Program-made: the position numbers and the translations under genes
Notes under the pieces: generated by a model
Database searches by the model: none
Told to the model about the DNA's origin: nothing
The model's input: the letters and a program-made list of their open reading frames with translations, nothing else
DNA from: a virus
Taxonomy: Duplodnaviria > Heunggongvirae > Uroviricota > Caudoviricetes
Reading direction: 5' to 3' (one strand)
DNA: 64,000 nucleotides
IMG/VR virus record: IMGVR_UViG_3300028888_000044
Span: 128,001 to 192,000 of that record
Part shown: in pieces, positions 38,501 to 48,299 of the stretch
How positions within the stretch are numbered: position 1 is the stretch's first letter
Layout of the letters: each line of letters starts with the position of its first letter

Positions 38501-41500
38501 CCGTTTACAATAGATGTTGACAAGGTAGTCCCAAAATGGTGTATGTATGACGCTAGCACTAATCGCAGTAGTGAAAGCGGCAGTACTATTGACCCAAAGA
38601 AATGCGGTGTGATTGACATAAATCTCCCAAATATCAAGACACCTTATTCTTATGTGCTGTCAACACAAGAGACGAGTGATGTAATAATCAAGGAGAGCAA
38701 TGTTAAATTGCATAGATTGATATTTGGTGTGTCATTGACAGACAACGAGACTTATGAGCATCCTAATGATACTCCAGAGCATTTGATTGGTGATGACAGA
38801 TATTATCAGACAAGTGACGGTAAGTTCTATATTAAGGATGGTAAGGTACACGCATTCAAGGATTATCCAATGATAGTCAAGGAAAATACTGATTCTTCTT
38901 CAGATAGTATATATTATCTTGAGAGCGGTGATAGCGAAAACAATTTCTATATCCATAACGGTAGTTATAATCTGACTATTACAGATGTAAATGGAAAGAC
39001 AGAAAAGGTTTCAATCAGCTTGTCACAACAACCAATCAACATTCAATATGAAAATGACAAGTTGGGTGTTAAGTTCATTCCAAAGTTATCTGACACTGAA
39101 ATAGAGGAATATACAACGTTTGATAATATATATGAGAACGGAAATTACGGTGAAATAAAGGTAAGCGGTGTCACAATAGATGGTGATGAATACAAGATAA
39201 TCGATTGTACGCTTGAAAATGTACACATTGGAACAGATGATGCTCCATCTTATGAGGAATATAAATTGCAGTTGGAAAGCAAGGATGGTAGTACAGACCA
39301 AAGGTACGATGTCCAATTAAAGGTTTATGTAACTGAACTTGAATTCCATAATGATGTGAGATTTACTGCTTTAACTAACAGTGAAACATTCATCAATATT
39401 GCTTGCCAAAGCTCAATACCAACTAACTTGCCTTATAATTTGTCAACACCAATTCAATACACTAGTACTAGTATAACATCAAATGTTGATGTTGTTGGTT
39501 TTGAAGATATGACAATTGGTGATGAGACAGCAAAAGTATTGTATTTTTATCCTTGTGTACCAGGCAGATACACGTTTGTCTTTACACAATACTGTAATGG
39601 TAGTCCTAACGATAATGTAAGCACAATGCCAATGACCATACATAATGGTGATATGTTCGATGCACTTATTAATGATGTTCCTATCAGAACAATAAATGCA
39701 AGAGACGATGAAACTTGGTGGTATAGGACAGATAATCCATCTGGTTATACTTTCCCACACATCAATGAGAACGAAACCTTATGGTCTGAATACATTAATT
39801 ACAGCAAATACATCGAAGGAGGTGAGGAAGAAGGAGAAGAACTTACAGAATATGCTGATTCAAGGACTAGAACCAATGCTTTGCTGTTCAAGTTCAAGTC
39901 TATTTTCAATTTGAGCAAGGCGGTGAAATTTACTGATGATGGAAATAACTCGTTCAGTTTCACTATAAATGGTGGAAAGAATACGGTTGCACAAGTATAT
40001 TATCCAACATTCAATGAATTTGGTGAACTTGTGTTCAAGGACACAAAGAATGTTTCCCAAGCAATCAATCTAAACAGCTCAATGCTTAACAAGTGGACTC
40101 TTGATACGAAGCCATCAGTAAGTTGTGATTCTTCACATCCAAATGTGATTTCATATAATTACAAGGCATATTTCTATTCAAACCAAGCAAACAGTGGTTT
40201 GATTAACCAAAACTATAACAAGTACTATATTGATGGAGATACTGTTGGTAATATACCTAGCTATGGTGGTTTATCCAATTTCAACAAGTCTGACTTGATG
40301 CCTTTTGCTACTGTATTACGAACTGTTGATGGATATGGTTTGAATGGATATGAGCCATATAGCTTTAATCCTTTGATTAATACGACAAAAAACAATACAA
40401 TCAATTATTTTGTTGCATTTACAAATAACGCTGGTTTAGACGGTACAAAATTTGAGAGCATACCTTCAAATTCAAGCCCAATTGCTTCGGGCAACAAGCT
40501 TATTACCTTTGAGGCAAAAAATACAGCACCTTCAAATTATTATCAGCAAGTAAACAATTGGTTCAAGTATTATTTTGTGGACAGTAGGATGGGCTTTAGA
40601 GGTGTTGTTATGACATCAACCCCATCGTTGGAACAATATACTGACGATAGCAACCAAGTTGTTTTGAAGGGTAGACTTACCTTACAGACAATCGGTGGTA
40701 TGGAAATGGCCTATATGGATAGTTCAATTGATGATACAGTACCAGTTAATATGAATGTCATACAAAAACTTGGTGAGGATGATGAATTCAAATATGAATA
40801 CGGATATAGTGCAAGCTGTATTAACCCAAGTGAAGAGGATGCCGTAATAGTTCAGAATAATGGTGAAGATGTACACAAATGCCTTTATACGGCATCGCTT
40901 GCAACAAATGAGACAACTTGTGACTTTCGTTATGCAATGGTTAATTCACAGCTTCCATTAAATGACAATTATAACGTTATATATACGGACGAGCATAGGG
41001 AGCAGCACATATATAGCTATGAAGATGGTTATACTGGTGATACTTCGTATTCTGGTGTAGGTATGAACAATCGCATATCAAATATTGTAAGCGCGTTCAC
41101 AAATGGCTATTCTGATTATCCAATTAGAAGATATACAGACATTGTAGGGCAAGATATTAAAGGTAACGTTAAGCTGACACTTGAGAGCACAAGCTTTGAC
41201 ATTAGACCTACAGTGCAATATGATGACTTCGATTCATCATATTCGGCAGCTACCATTATTGGTACAACATCGCCAACAGATACAATAGAATTGGATTTTG
41301 ACTGCACTAATATATACAAGAGAGCAACAAACAGCATTGACACTTGTATTGAGACTGGAAACTTTGATGTGCTTTGTGACAGTCGTAACGGAGGAACAGC
41401 AACAGCACCAATAATATATTGCTTTCCTCATTATTGCAGACTTTCATTCAGTTATGGTACAGATGACGCTGTTGACTCGTCAGTATTTGCCTATAACACC

Positions 41501-42355
41501 TACAGACCTTTTATCATTAAGTTCAGTGGTATTACTGCTGCAAGTGATATGATTAACTGTATCACTTCCATTAAATTTGGGAATAGAAGCGGTGATTATT
41601 CTCCATATGATACATATGAATACGTATTGAATCAATATAGTTCTCAAATTATGAAGATGAAGGGTATAACCGAAGGTGTTGAAGATTATATTTGGGGATT
41701 GGATGAAACAGACAACAAGTACTACAAGAACCTTTATACGGCAGAGTCACCAAACAGTGCATTAACATATCCAGACAACTCGACAGAATTGTCAATGGTT
41801 AAATTGTATTTGGAGCCAAATGCCGTTATTAACGGCAATATGTGGACATATACCGAAGATAAGGCTTATAAATACAATTTGGCTTGTACAATTGATGGCA
41901 ACAATTTCTTTGTTTTTGGCGGTAGGGAATATTACCAAATTTATAATGAATGTATGATTGAGAGGGACTTGAGGCTGTTTGATTGCAGCCAAGCCTATAT
42001 TTTCCCACGACAGATAACATTGAGCGGCTTTACGTCATCTGCAACAACTGATGGTCAAACGATAGACTTTGATGTATCTTTCAATATAAGTGGAATATCA
42101 ATCAATAATGGGTCTTTTGAAGTAGGTTTTAAGGCTTGGAATATTAACGGTTCTACCCCAATTGCCGAGCAAGATTTAACCCAAAGCTATGCAATACCAT
42201 CAAGTGATAATACGAATGCCAATGTGCATGCCAAGGGAATTATAGTACACAATGACATCAATATAACACTCCAATTCTTCTTTAGGAACGGTGATGGTCT
42301 TGTTTATGGAACTTCTTTTAAGATAAATGTTAGAACTGGTCAAATACCAACATAA
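35507..42355 (+). CDS. Large virion structural protein with an N-terminal carboxypeptidase-regulatory-like beta domain and a hydrophobic Cys-rich segment
   Basis: GIIVGRV.AN...IPNAKVSVF...TVTNNSGDYMIYGIPTG motif; Ig-like GSYNLTITDVNG; located in the baseplate operon. Confidence 0.6.
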   Translation: MNKSYRIHTNIGDNKVLKVNMSQEYDFLEILTMKIDQEETYRIDSSNYGIIVGRVLANDAFGIPNAKVSVFIPISDEDYENTEIRSLYNYFDTTSKNYGNVRYNLLPDSSNDDCYRVVGTFPNKRLVLDDNTTLEVFDKYYKYTTVTNNSGDYMIYGIPTGNTQLHVDIDLSDIGVLSQKPRDFMYKGYTETLFDSSEQFKGGTNLDDIAQIISQDQGVYVYPFYSDEESTDVGITRCDIQVQYKFEPTCVFFGSIISDSYGNNIQPTCTPNANIGRNKELICGDGTIEMIRKTTDGLVEEYQIQGNQLIDGDGVWCYQIPMNLDYVGMDEYGNIVATDNPNKGIPTRTRVRFRFSMVESENDAMSRHRAKYLVPNNPQIEPNENMPSISDCSSFDKHYEFGSSTLEEDFRDLYWNKVYSVKNYIPRLQTIKKVKTKNYSGIRSVNTYESKNPFPYNKVRFYLPFAFRMLCIIIKILIGTIMIINALMCTISFMLDTVLCIWIPLPFVKDIRICPLKPLKKYLTCIPFAGGLTDSDNTNVAYYPGCWCDNYGNCPDDMEGCSKSTSMGSLYDVIEQSLAQEYDIIHLDFYNDWVNGTLYMPLWHWKKTKKKSYFFGLFRKRAKNIYCDCDKQWNRLRLMDSCTMNYTGATNDNGDTWHHSKREYYTKWGMIKNIVNKDGLNIYYYSSGVIVDPKPTENPPIGKYKEFARYFATDIILLGSFNSCDTEGLPQPYRGLPSTTSSIPAITTTVQPFVDEESTSTEGTTEEEGDVEVTGMDWLHGPERQAPYFGRGLLMSMDCRAIYTKPKSCVNISRLSELGVNYDMSYTDVYANNGNTATTNVIADGVITKTELDDYETRAMFATLNHRGLTQMKTDPSTGYKIYDFRYLYPVDFDGRQNDNILRRYKIDTHDYADEDYLLFRFGPDWEHDKYGHPTDKREDRVTHNYTTNDKPSSTKDNNFFPYYNNSFYFYFGLNEGKTAIDKFRNKFTATCSKNVKYPFTIDVDKVVPKWCMYDASTNRSSESGSTIDPKKCGVIDINLPNIKTPYSYVLSTQETSDVIIKESNVKLHRLIFGVSLTDNETYEHPNDTPEHLIGDDRYYQTSDGKFYIKDGKVHAFKDYPMIVKENTDSSSDSIYYLESGDSENNFYIHNGSYNLTITDVNGKTEKVSISLSQQPINIQYENDKLGVKFIPKLSDTEIEEYTTFDNIYENGNYGEIKVSGVTIDGDEYKIIDCTLENVHIGTDDAPSYEEYKLQLESKDGSTDQRYDVQLKVYVTELEFHNDVRFTALTNSETFINIACQSSIPTNLPYNLSTPIQYTSTSITSNVDVVGFEDMTIGDETAKVLYFYPCVPGRYTFVFTQYCNGSPNDNVSTMPMTIHNGDMFDALINDVPIRTINARDDETWWYRTDNPSGYTFPHINENETLWSEYINYSKYIEGGEEEGEELTEYADSRTRTNALLFKFKSIFNLSKAVKFTDDGNNSFSFTINGGKNTVAQVYYPTFNEFGELVFKDTKNVSQAINLNSSMLNKWTLDTKPSVSCDSSHPNVISYNYKAYFYSNQANSGLINQNYNKYYIDGDTVGNIPSYGGLSNFNKSDLMPFATVLRTVDGYGLNGYEPYSFNPLINTTKNNTINYFVAFTNNAGLDGTKFESIPSNSSPIASGNKLITFEAKNTAPSNYYQQVNNWFKYYFVDSRMGFRGVVMTSTPSLEQYTDDSNQVVLKGRLTLQTIGGMEMAYMDSSIDDTVPVNMNVIQKLGEDDEFKYEYGYSASCINPSEEDAVIVQNNGEDVHKCLYTASLATNETTCDFRYAMVNSQLPLNDNYNVIYTDEHREQHIYSYEDGYTGDTSYSGVGMNNRISNIVSAFTNGYSDYPIRRYTDIVGQDIKGNVKLTLESTSFDIRPTVQYDDFDSSYSAATIIGTTSPTDTIELDFDCTNIYKRATNSIDTCIETGNFDVLCDSRNGGTATAPIIYCFPHYCRLSFSYGTDDAVDSSVFAYNTYRPFIIKFSGITAASDMINCITSIKFGNRSGDYSPYDTYEYVLNQYSSQIMKMKGITEGVEDYIWGLDETDNKYYKNLYTAESPNSALTYPDNSTELSMVKLYLEPNAVINGNMWTYTEDKAYKYNLACTIDGNNFFVFGGREYYQIYNECMIERDLRLFDCSQAYIFPRQITLSGFTSSATTDGQTIDFDVSFNISGISINNGSFEVGFKAWNINGSTPIAEQDLTQSYAIPSSDNTNANVHAKGIIVHNDINITLQFFFRNGDGLVYGTSFKINVRTGQIPT

Positions 42356-42357
42356 AT

Positions 42358-45180
42358 ATGAAGCAAATATTTTTAAGAAAATACGAAAGTAAGCAATCAA
42401 CCAATGGAAATAATTCTCTTGATGTTTCATTACAGAATGCCAAGAGAATTATTCCATCGACTGATATTGACGCTATAGTAAATGTAGGTGAACTTTATAA
42501 CAAGGAAAGGGGCGAGTGCAGTAAAATAAGGCTTAACTGCGTAATACGTCCTTATTGCACAAATGTATTGTTTAACGCATTTACCGAAATAGTTCAGAAC
42601 GAAGGTTCCAATAGTGCCGTATGCCTTAATTTCTTGGATAGTCTTGACAATGAGAACCTATCATTGCCAGATGAATTATTCTATAAGACAAAGGATAGCT
42701 TCAGAGGTGAAGATGGGGATAGAAAGACTCTGATAGTTAACTTGATTGATGATACGCAGCTTTCTTCAAAGGTAAAAGGAAATCTTGAATATCACTGCGG
42801 TTTGGACTTTTTTGGTAATCATATATTGAGAAGCAACACTTTCAAGTCTGTCAACCCATTGCCAAGCGGAAGCTCTCCAATCAACGAATCCACATATGAC
42901 AAGTTCAACACGTTGTGTGACTATCATAGAAGATATAATGGTTCTGTTGTAAGCGGTGATACAACAATCACTGGTGAAAGAGATTTTTCACGCAATGAAA
43001 TTCCTCTTAATGATGGCTCGTTTGCTTCAGCCCCTTATGCCAACCATATATATACATTCGATGATTTGCTGACATTCAACGATTGTGTCAAGCAGAAGCT
43101 TATAGATAATAATGGATGGATGGGTTTCGTTAACAAAGGCAAACTGAAGATATATGACGAGAACAAGAATGGGGAATTCTTGGATATAAGCAAACCGCTT
43201 AACAACAAGGAGGCTTGCGAATTTGTTGATATGTATCCAACAAGGGACTTGTTTATGTTCACTCCAAAGTATAACCCTTATAGGCATAGGCTCGAAAAGA
43301 ACTGGAACTATTGTTTAACATATCCATCATCATCCACAACCGAAGGGATACCATTTATTGATAACAGAGTGGAGGGAGGCGCATTAAGATTGTTTGTAAT
43401 CAATACTGTATTTGACAACATAATGAGGATGTATTCGATGTCAAAGCATGGACTCAATGAAGGTGATTATATCACGTTATATAGAGATGGTGAGATTGAA
43501 ATCAGTAGCCTTAACGTAGTCAACATTATAGATGAGTACACATTCGATGTAAGCAAGGATGGTTACAGTATAGGAAGTCAACTTGAGGTTGATTTCAACA
43601 ATCAGCAAGTGCTTGATAAACCCGAAAATGAAGGAGTGTATGGTAGAACAACATATAAGGTATCAAAGGAAAATGCTAGATATTTCGACACAAATTCTAA
43701 CTTTTTGTCATTTTCATTCAAAAAAATTATAAACAATAGGGGCGTTGACTATTATGTCAGAATATTCTCTAAACTACCTAATTGGAAATTTGCCAATCAG
43801 AAGATAACCGAAAAGCTCATCTACGAGAATGATGACATAATACCTACATATCAAACAATTTCTAGAGAAGGGAATGAACAGTTTGCAAACCACGTTGCAA
43901 ACCTTGCGTTTTCCAAGACAATCTATAATGATGATGTTTCGGAGATAATTTTCACTGATGACATCGACATAAATTATCTCCACGATAACCTTGGAAGACC
44001 TTTGTCAAGCATATATCTGACTATTGTCAAGAACAACAAGGGTTATTACGAATGGTACGAGCAATACAACCCATCAGCAGATACAGTTGAATATTCCCAC
44101 TGTTTCGGAAGGACAAGCTGCGGTTTTATGTTGAGTAGCAAGATGTATGATACAAATTATGACACTGGTAATACAGTGTACAATTTGGCTAATACAAGGG
44201 TTCTTTGTGAATCTGGTAATACAAATCCATATAGCGGACTTTCAGTGTCACTAATAAATGACGAAGACCACGTTGATGCATTGGATTTGGGTGATACTGT
44301 TAATTATTACAAGAACAACAACTATTATGGTGACTTGTGCTACTACAGCCACGAGACTTGCGAGGAAGTTGTTATACAGACAGCAGACTACAGATTCAAC
44401 ACTTATCAGAGGGAACATTGGGACGATTCAAGGCTTAATTACTGCAACATCAAGCAAGATGACTATGACACAAATAACTTTTCAAACTACGATTACATTT
44501 CTTGTAAGACAATAAGAACTGGTAATCAATATGAAGGTTACTACTACAAGCCTCACTATGAAATACCAATCCGTTCAATCAATACAGAATTGGAAAGGCA
44601 AGCGCCTAAAATATTCACAATAAGAAGGGTTTCTAGAGAAGGTAATATATATAAGATTTTCACAAATGAAAATAATTATTTAGAAAAGGATGGAACATTC
44701 CTATTGTATGTTGACCACAACAATGTTGATTGGCTTGACAAGGATGCTGTAGTCAGATTCAAGGTGGAAGAGGTTATTGGATTCAGAGAGTTTACTTGCA
44801 CTATTTCAGACGAATATGATATAGATAGTGACAAGCAGACAGTAATAGGTAATTTCGTTAATGGAAACAAGTCTTATTTCAGAATATTGAAACCAGACAT
44901 TAATATTCCAGATTATGCAGATTTTACACTTGACGGTACTTGCAAATATGTTTGGAGAAGTATAATACAGAATGGTGATGATGCAAATTCAAGCGTTGAA
45001 AGGTATCCTTTTACAAACGGTAGGTTGTATGTTATGAGGGACTTTGACTTCTTCTTGAGAAGACAGAACCCAAATCAGACATCTATCCTTACCAACCATA
45101 TGTTTGACGATTTCAGCAACAACATAATAACGGTTACAGAAAGCAACAATTATCACGAGGAAAAAGATATAAAATGTTAA
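42358..45180 (+). CDS. Putative baseplate/tail structural protein
   Basis: 940-aa ORF tightly packed in the baseplate operon. Confidence 0.55.
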   Translation: MKQIFLRKYESKQSTNGNNSLDVSLQNAKRIIPSTDIDAIVNVGELYNKERGECSKIRLNCVIRPYCTNVLFNAFTEIVQNEGSNSAVCLNFLDSLDNENLSLPDELFYKTKDSFRGEDGDRKTLIVNLIDDTQLSSKVKGNLEYHCGLDFFGNHILRSNTFKSVNPLPSGSSPINESTYDKFNTLCDYHRRYNGSVVSGDTTITGERDFSRNEIPLNDGSFASAPYANHIYTFDDLLTFNDCVKQKLIDNNGWMGFVNKGKLKIYDENKNGEFLDISKPLNNKEACEFVDMYPTRDLFMFTPKYNPYRHRLEKNWNYCLTYPSSSTTEGIPFIDNRVEGGALRLFVINTVFDNIMRMYSMSKHGLNEGDYITLYRDGEIEISSLNVVNIIDEYTFDVSKDGYSIGSQLEVDFNNQQVLDKPENEGVYGRTTYKVSKENARYFDTNSNFLSFSFKKIINNRGVDYYVRIFSKLPNWKFANQKITEKLIYENDDIIPTYQTISREGNEQFANHVANLAFSKTIYNDDVSEIIFTDDIDINYLHDNLGRPLSSIYLTIVKNNKGYYEWYEQYNPSADTVEYSHCFGRTSCGFMLSSKMYDTNYDTGNTVYNLANTRVLCESGNTNPYSGLSVSLINDEDHVDALDLGDTVNYYKNNNYYGDLCYYSHETCEEVVIQTADYRFNTYQREHWDDSRLNYCNIKQDDYDTNNFSNYDYISCKTIRTGNQYEGYYYKPHYEIPIRSINTELERQAPKIFTIRRVSREGNIYKIFTNENNYLEKDGTFLLYVDHNNVDWLDKDAVVRFKVEEVIGFREFTCTISDEYDIDSDKQTVIGNFVNGNKSYFRILKPDINIPDYADFTLDGTCKYVWRSIIQNGDDANSSVERYPFTNGRLYVMRDFDFFLRRQNPNQTSILTNHMFDDFSNNIITVTESNNYHEEKDIKC

Positions 45181-48100
45181 GGTTTAATATTACAAGCAAG
45201 AAGGAGAGCAAGGAGAAGGAAATTCACGTTGATGATATGATATTTTCTGAAGACTTGCAGATTGTAACTTGCATTGCAGAAGATGACGGTACTTTGATGG
45301 AGCAAGACAAGATAAAGCTTTACTCCACAAAGTACGATGAATGGAAGGAGATAGACATTAAGGTCAGTAGGTTTACTGCAATAGGTGAATTCTTCGCAGA
45401 TACTGTATACGAAGTGCTTTCTGACTCTAATTCAGAATGCAAATACGTCAAGTTCCACGATAACCGATACTACTACAACAATGAATCGTCAAGCGAATAT
45501 ATAAGCATAGACGGTGTTGAACACCATATACAAACAAAGGACGATGGGTCTTTGTATATAGTAGTGACTGAAAAATACCTAATCACAAGTGATAAGGTTA
45601 AACTATATGATGGAACTGAATGCGACATATATATCGAACGCATAAAGACAGATGAAGGCGATACCGATTATAGTGGGAGTTTTGTTGAGGTTCATTATAA
45701 GCAAGACACCATATTGAGCGGTGAAAGCCTAGTAGTTTATGGTTATCCAAAGACATTCGTAAGATTCACGTTTATGAATGAAAGGGATGAATACCTTAGT
45801 GTTGAACGTGCAGCTTGTGCAGATGTAATTCAATATGTTCTCTATGATGACAAGGAATACAACGTGCAAGATAAAAGAGATGGGTCTGATGAAAGGTTCG
45901 TATATATTGGTGATGGATTAAGCGGTACAGTACTACCATATTCATATCAATATGACGAGGAAAAAGGCAAGTTTACATATAAGGTGGCTGAATCTGATTT
46001 ATATTTAGATACATATTCTTCTGGTATAACACCGATGGTAAAGATAAATGATGCTGAAAACACATTCCTACAATTACACGGCAAATATACGGAGGCAGAC
46101 ATTGGAGAAGAGGTTTTTATCTATTTGTCAGACACGAATGTAAACTTGGATTCTACCGAGAGGATAATCGCAAAAACTGTTAGCAGACAACCTAGGTATT
46201 TGATACTTACCGAGCATACGGAATTGTATAATGGGGAGCCAACAACTTTCAATTCGATAGCTCATAATGGAAAGTTCTACAACAAGAAGAGCGTTGATGA
46301 AAAAGGTAGACCATTCTATTATGTTACAGTTGGTGACAGTGAATATGAATTCCATTTCTTGAATGGTGAAAATGAGGGATATATCAACTATGAGGACAAG
46401 GTGATGTTCTTGAACATTTCAAACTCGATAGATAATGTTGTATCTGAATATCGAAACAGTATGCCCCAGCAAGACGATTCAAGAATAAGGGTTGAATTCG
46501 CAAATCAAACGCAAGAAGGTGTCAGTGGTGGGACATATGGGTTGGAAAGATTAAATGTCATATGCAATAACATTGAGGAAAAGAAGTACGGAATAATTAC
46601 ATATTACGACAACAACAAGCCTACATTTGCATATGTTCCATATGAGTATCTATTGACTAGGAAACTATATAATGGCGGTGATGGAGACCAAATAATAATA
46701 TCAAACCCAGTATATGGTATAAAAAGGTATGATGTTATAGATGTGGAAGGAACAAGATATAGGGTTTATTCTGAACCACACGTATATGGAAGTGAAGAGG
46801 TTATGGATGACCGTCCTTACGAGTATATCCTATTTGACCAACAAGAGTTCTACGAGCTTAAGATACAGTCGATAATCGGAAACAATACCATATTGTGCAA
46901 ACCTATTGTGTGGTCTTATAACGAAGACGATATGGATAATATGGGCGAATATAGGGCTATGTTCAGAACAATATGCTATGACATTGCCACCAATTATGAT
47001 TCATTTGTATTCTATATTGAAAATAACTTTTCACCTTATCAGGAAAGACTCGATTTCTCAAGGTATTATTCATTCAATGAAGACCAACCAATGCATTTGT
47101 CAAATCTTCATTTCTTGCACAATTGTGAGTATATAAGCATACCTTTGTTTGCTTCTCAAGATGAATACCCAAATTTGATGCAAGAGGATAATGTGCACAA
47201 GTATTTTACCGAAACGGAGACAGCAAAGGCGATAAACGGAATCGTTGATATGGACAAGGATGTATATTATCCATACCATATAAAAGGAAACACAAGGAGC
47301 GAGGTTAACGGAATATATTTCAATCTTCACTTCAGAACAAGAACTCTTGATACTTGGACTGTTAAGGAGGATTATACAAGCATAAATGGCGATAACAGTG
47401 ATGGTACTATATTACCGTCATTTAATGAAGCTAATACAAACTGGTTCTGTTTCGACTATTATAGTGGTGATACAGCATACAACGGTTATTCGGACGAAGG
47501 TAGAACCAAGAAGCAGAGTTATGGAGAATTTGATATTGACAAGAAGCCTTCTGAAGCTTGGAAGCATTCAGATTTGCTTTATTTCTTGCACTTCACTAAC
47601 AATGATGTATATTATCAGAAGAAGAAGCTGTCAAATTCATTTATAAGGCTTATGTTCTATGATACAAAGACACCATCTAACCAATCATTGCTTTATCAAG
47701 CGACAATATGGTACGATTCAAGCAAGGCATACAAGAAATATATTGACAACAGCGAGATTAACGACTATTTCGACTTTGACAACAACACAGTCAAATTGGG
47801 TATAGGTGTAGGCTGTGAACCATATGATGCCGCAACTTCAGCATTTACATATGATGACAGCATAAGGCTTGATTCTCAATTCTATGTCAAGAACAGATAT
47901 AGGATGAATGATTCAGCCGAAGGCTTCTATCTGCATTTGTTCAAGGATTTGCTTGATGGTGTATGCAGTAGGACAATATATATGAAGGTAGTATTTAATC
48001 ACGCTGGCGAAGGTAAATCTTGCTTGTTCATGCTTCCACACGCAAAGGATGGTGACAAGACAGTCCCTTGGTATTACAGCAGCGAGAATGTGGAGAATTT

Positions 48101-48299
48101 GAAGAAAGGCGTATCTTTACAAGATGTGTTTGACTATGTATATATACCAATAAACATTGAATATGACTTGGAAAAAGACAAGTACATATATTATTTATCA
48201 GAAGATGTTGCCACATTTGACGAAGACAACAATCTAATATTTAATCTGTTTGAAATCAAAATGAAAGATGAGAGTAATTCACAAGAAAATAACCCTTGA
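45174..48299 (+). CDS. Putative baseplate/tail structural protein
   Basis: 1041-aa acidic beta-rich ORF overlapping its neighbours. Confidence 0.5.
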   Translation: MLRFNITSKKESKEKEIHVDDMIFSEDLQIVTCIAEDDGTLMEQDKIKLYSTKYDEWKEIDIKVSRFTAIGEFFADTVYEVLSDSNSECKYVKFHDNRYYYNNESSSEYISIDGVEHHIQTKDDGSLYIVVTEKYLITSDKVKLYDGTECDIYIERIKTDEGDTDYSGSFVEVHYKQDTILSGESLVVYGYPKTFVRFTFMNERDEYLSVERAACADVIQYVLYDDKEYNVQDKRDGSDERFVYIGDGLSGTVLPYSYQYDEEKGKFTYKVAESDLYLDTYSSGITPMVKINDAENTFLQLHGKYTEADIGEEVFIYLSDTNVNLDSTERIIAKTVSRQPRYLILTEHTELYNGEPTTFNSIAHNGKFYNKKSVDEKGRPFYYVTVGDSEYEFHFLNGENEGYINYEDKVMFLNISNSIDNVVSEYRNSMPQQDDSRIRVEFANQTQEGVSGGTYGLERLNVICNNIEEKKYGIITYYDNNKPTFAYVPYEYLLTRKLYNGGDGDQIIISNPVYGIKRYDVIDVEGTRYRVYSEPHVYGSEEVMDDRPYEYILFDQQEFYELKIQSIIGNNTILCKPIVWSYNEDDMDNMGEYRAMFRTICYDIATNYDSFVFYIENNFSPYQERLDFSRYYSFNEDQPMHLSNLHFLHNCEYISIPLFASQDEYPNLMQEDNVHKYFTETETAKAINGIVDMDKDVYYPYHIKGNTRSEVNGIYFNLHFRTRTLDTWTVKEDYTSINGDNSDGTILPSFNEANTNWFCFDYYSGDTAYNGYSDEGRTKKQSYGEFDIDKKPSEAWKHSDLLYFLHFTNNDVYYQKKKLSNSFIRLMFYDTKTPSNQSLLYQATIWYDSSKAYKKYIDNSEINDYFDFDNNTVKLGIGVGCEPYDAATSAFTYDDSIRLDSQFYVKNRYRMNDSAEGFYLHLFKDLLDGVCSRTIYMKVVFNHAGEGKSCLFMLPHAKDGDKTVPWYYSSENVENLKKGVSLQDVFDYVYIPINIEYDLEKDKYIYYLSEDVATFDEDNNLIFNLFEIKMKDESNSQENNP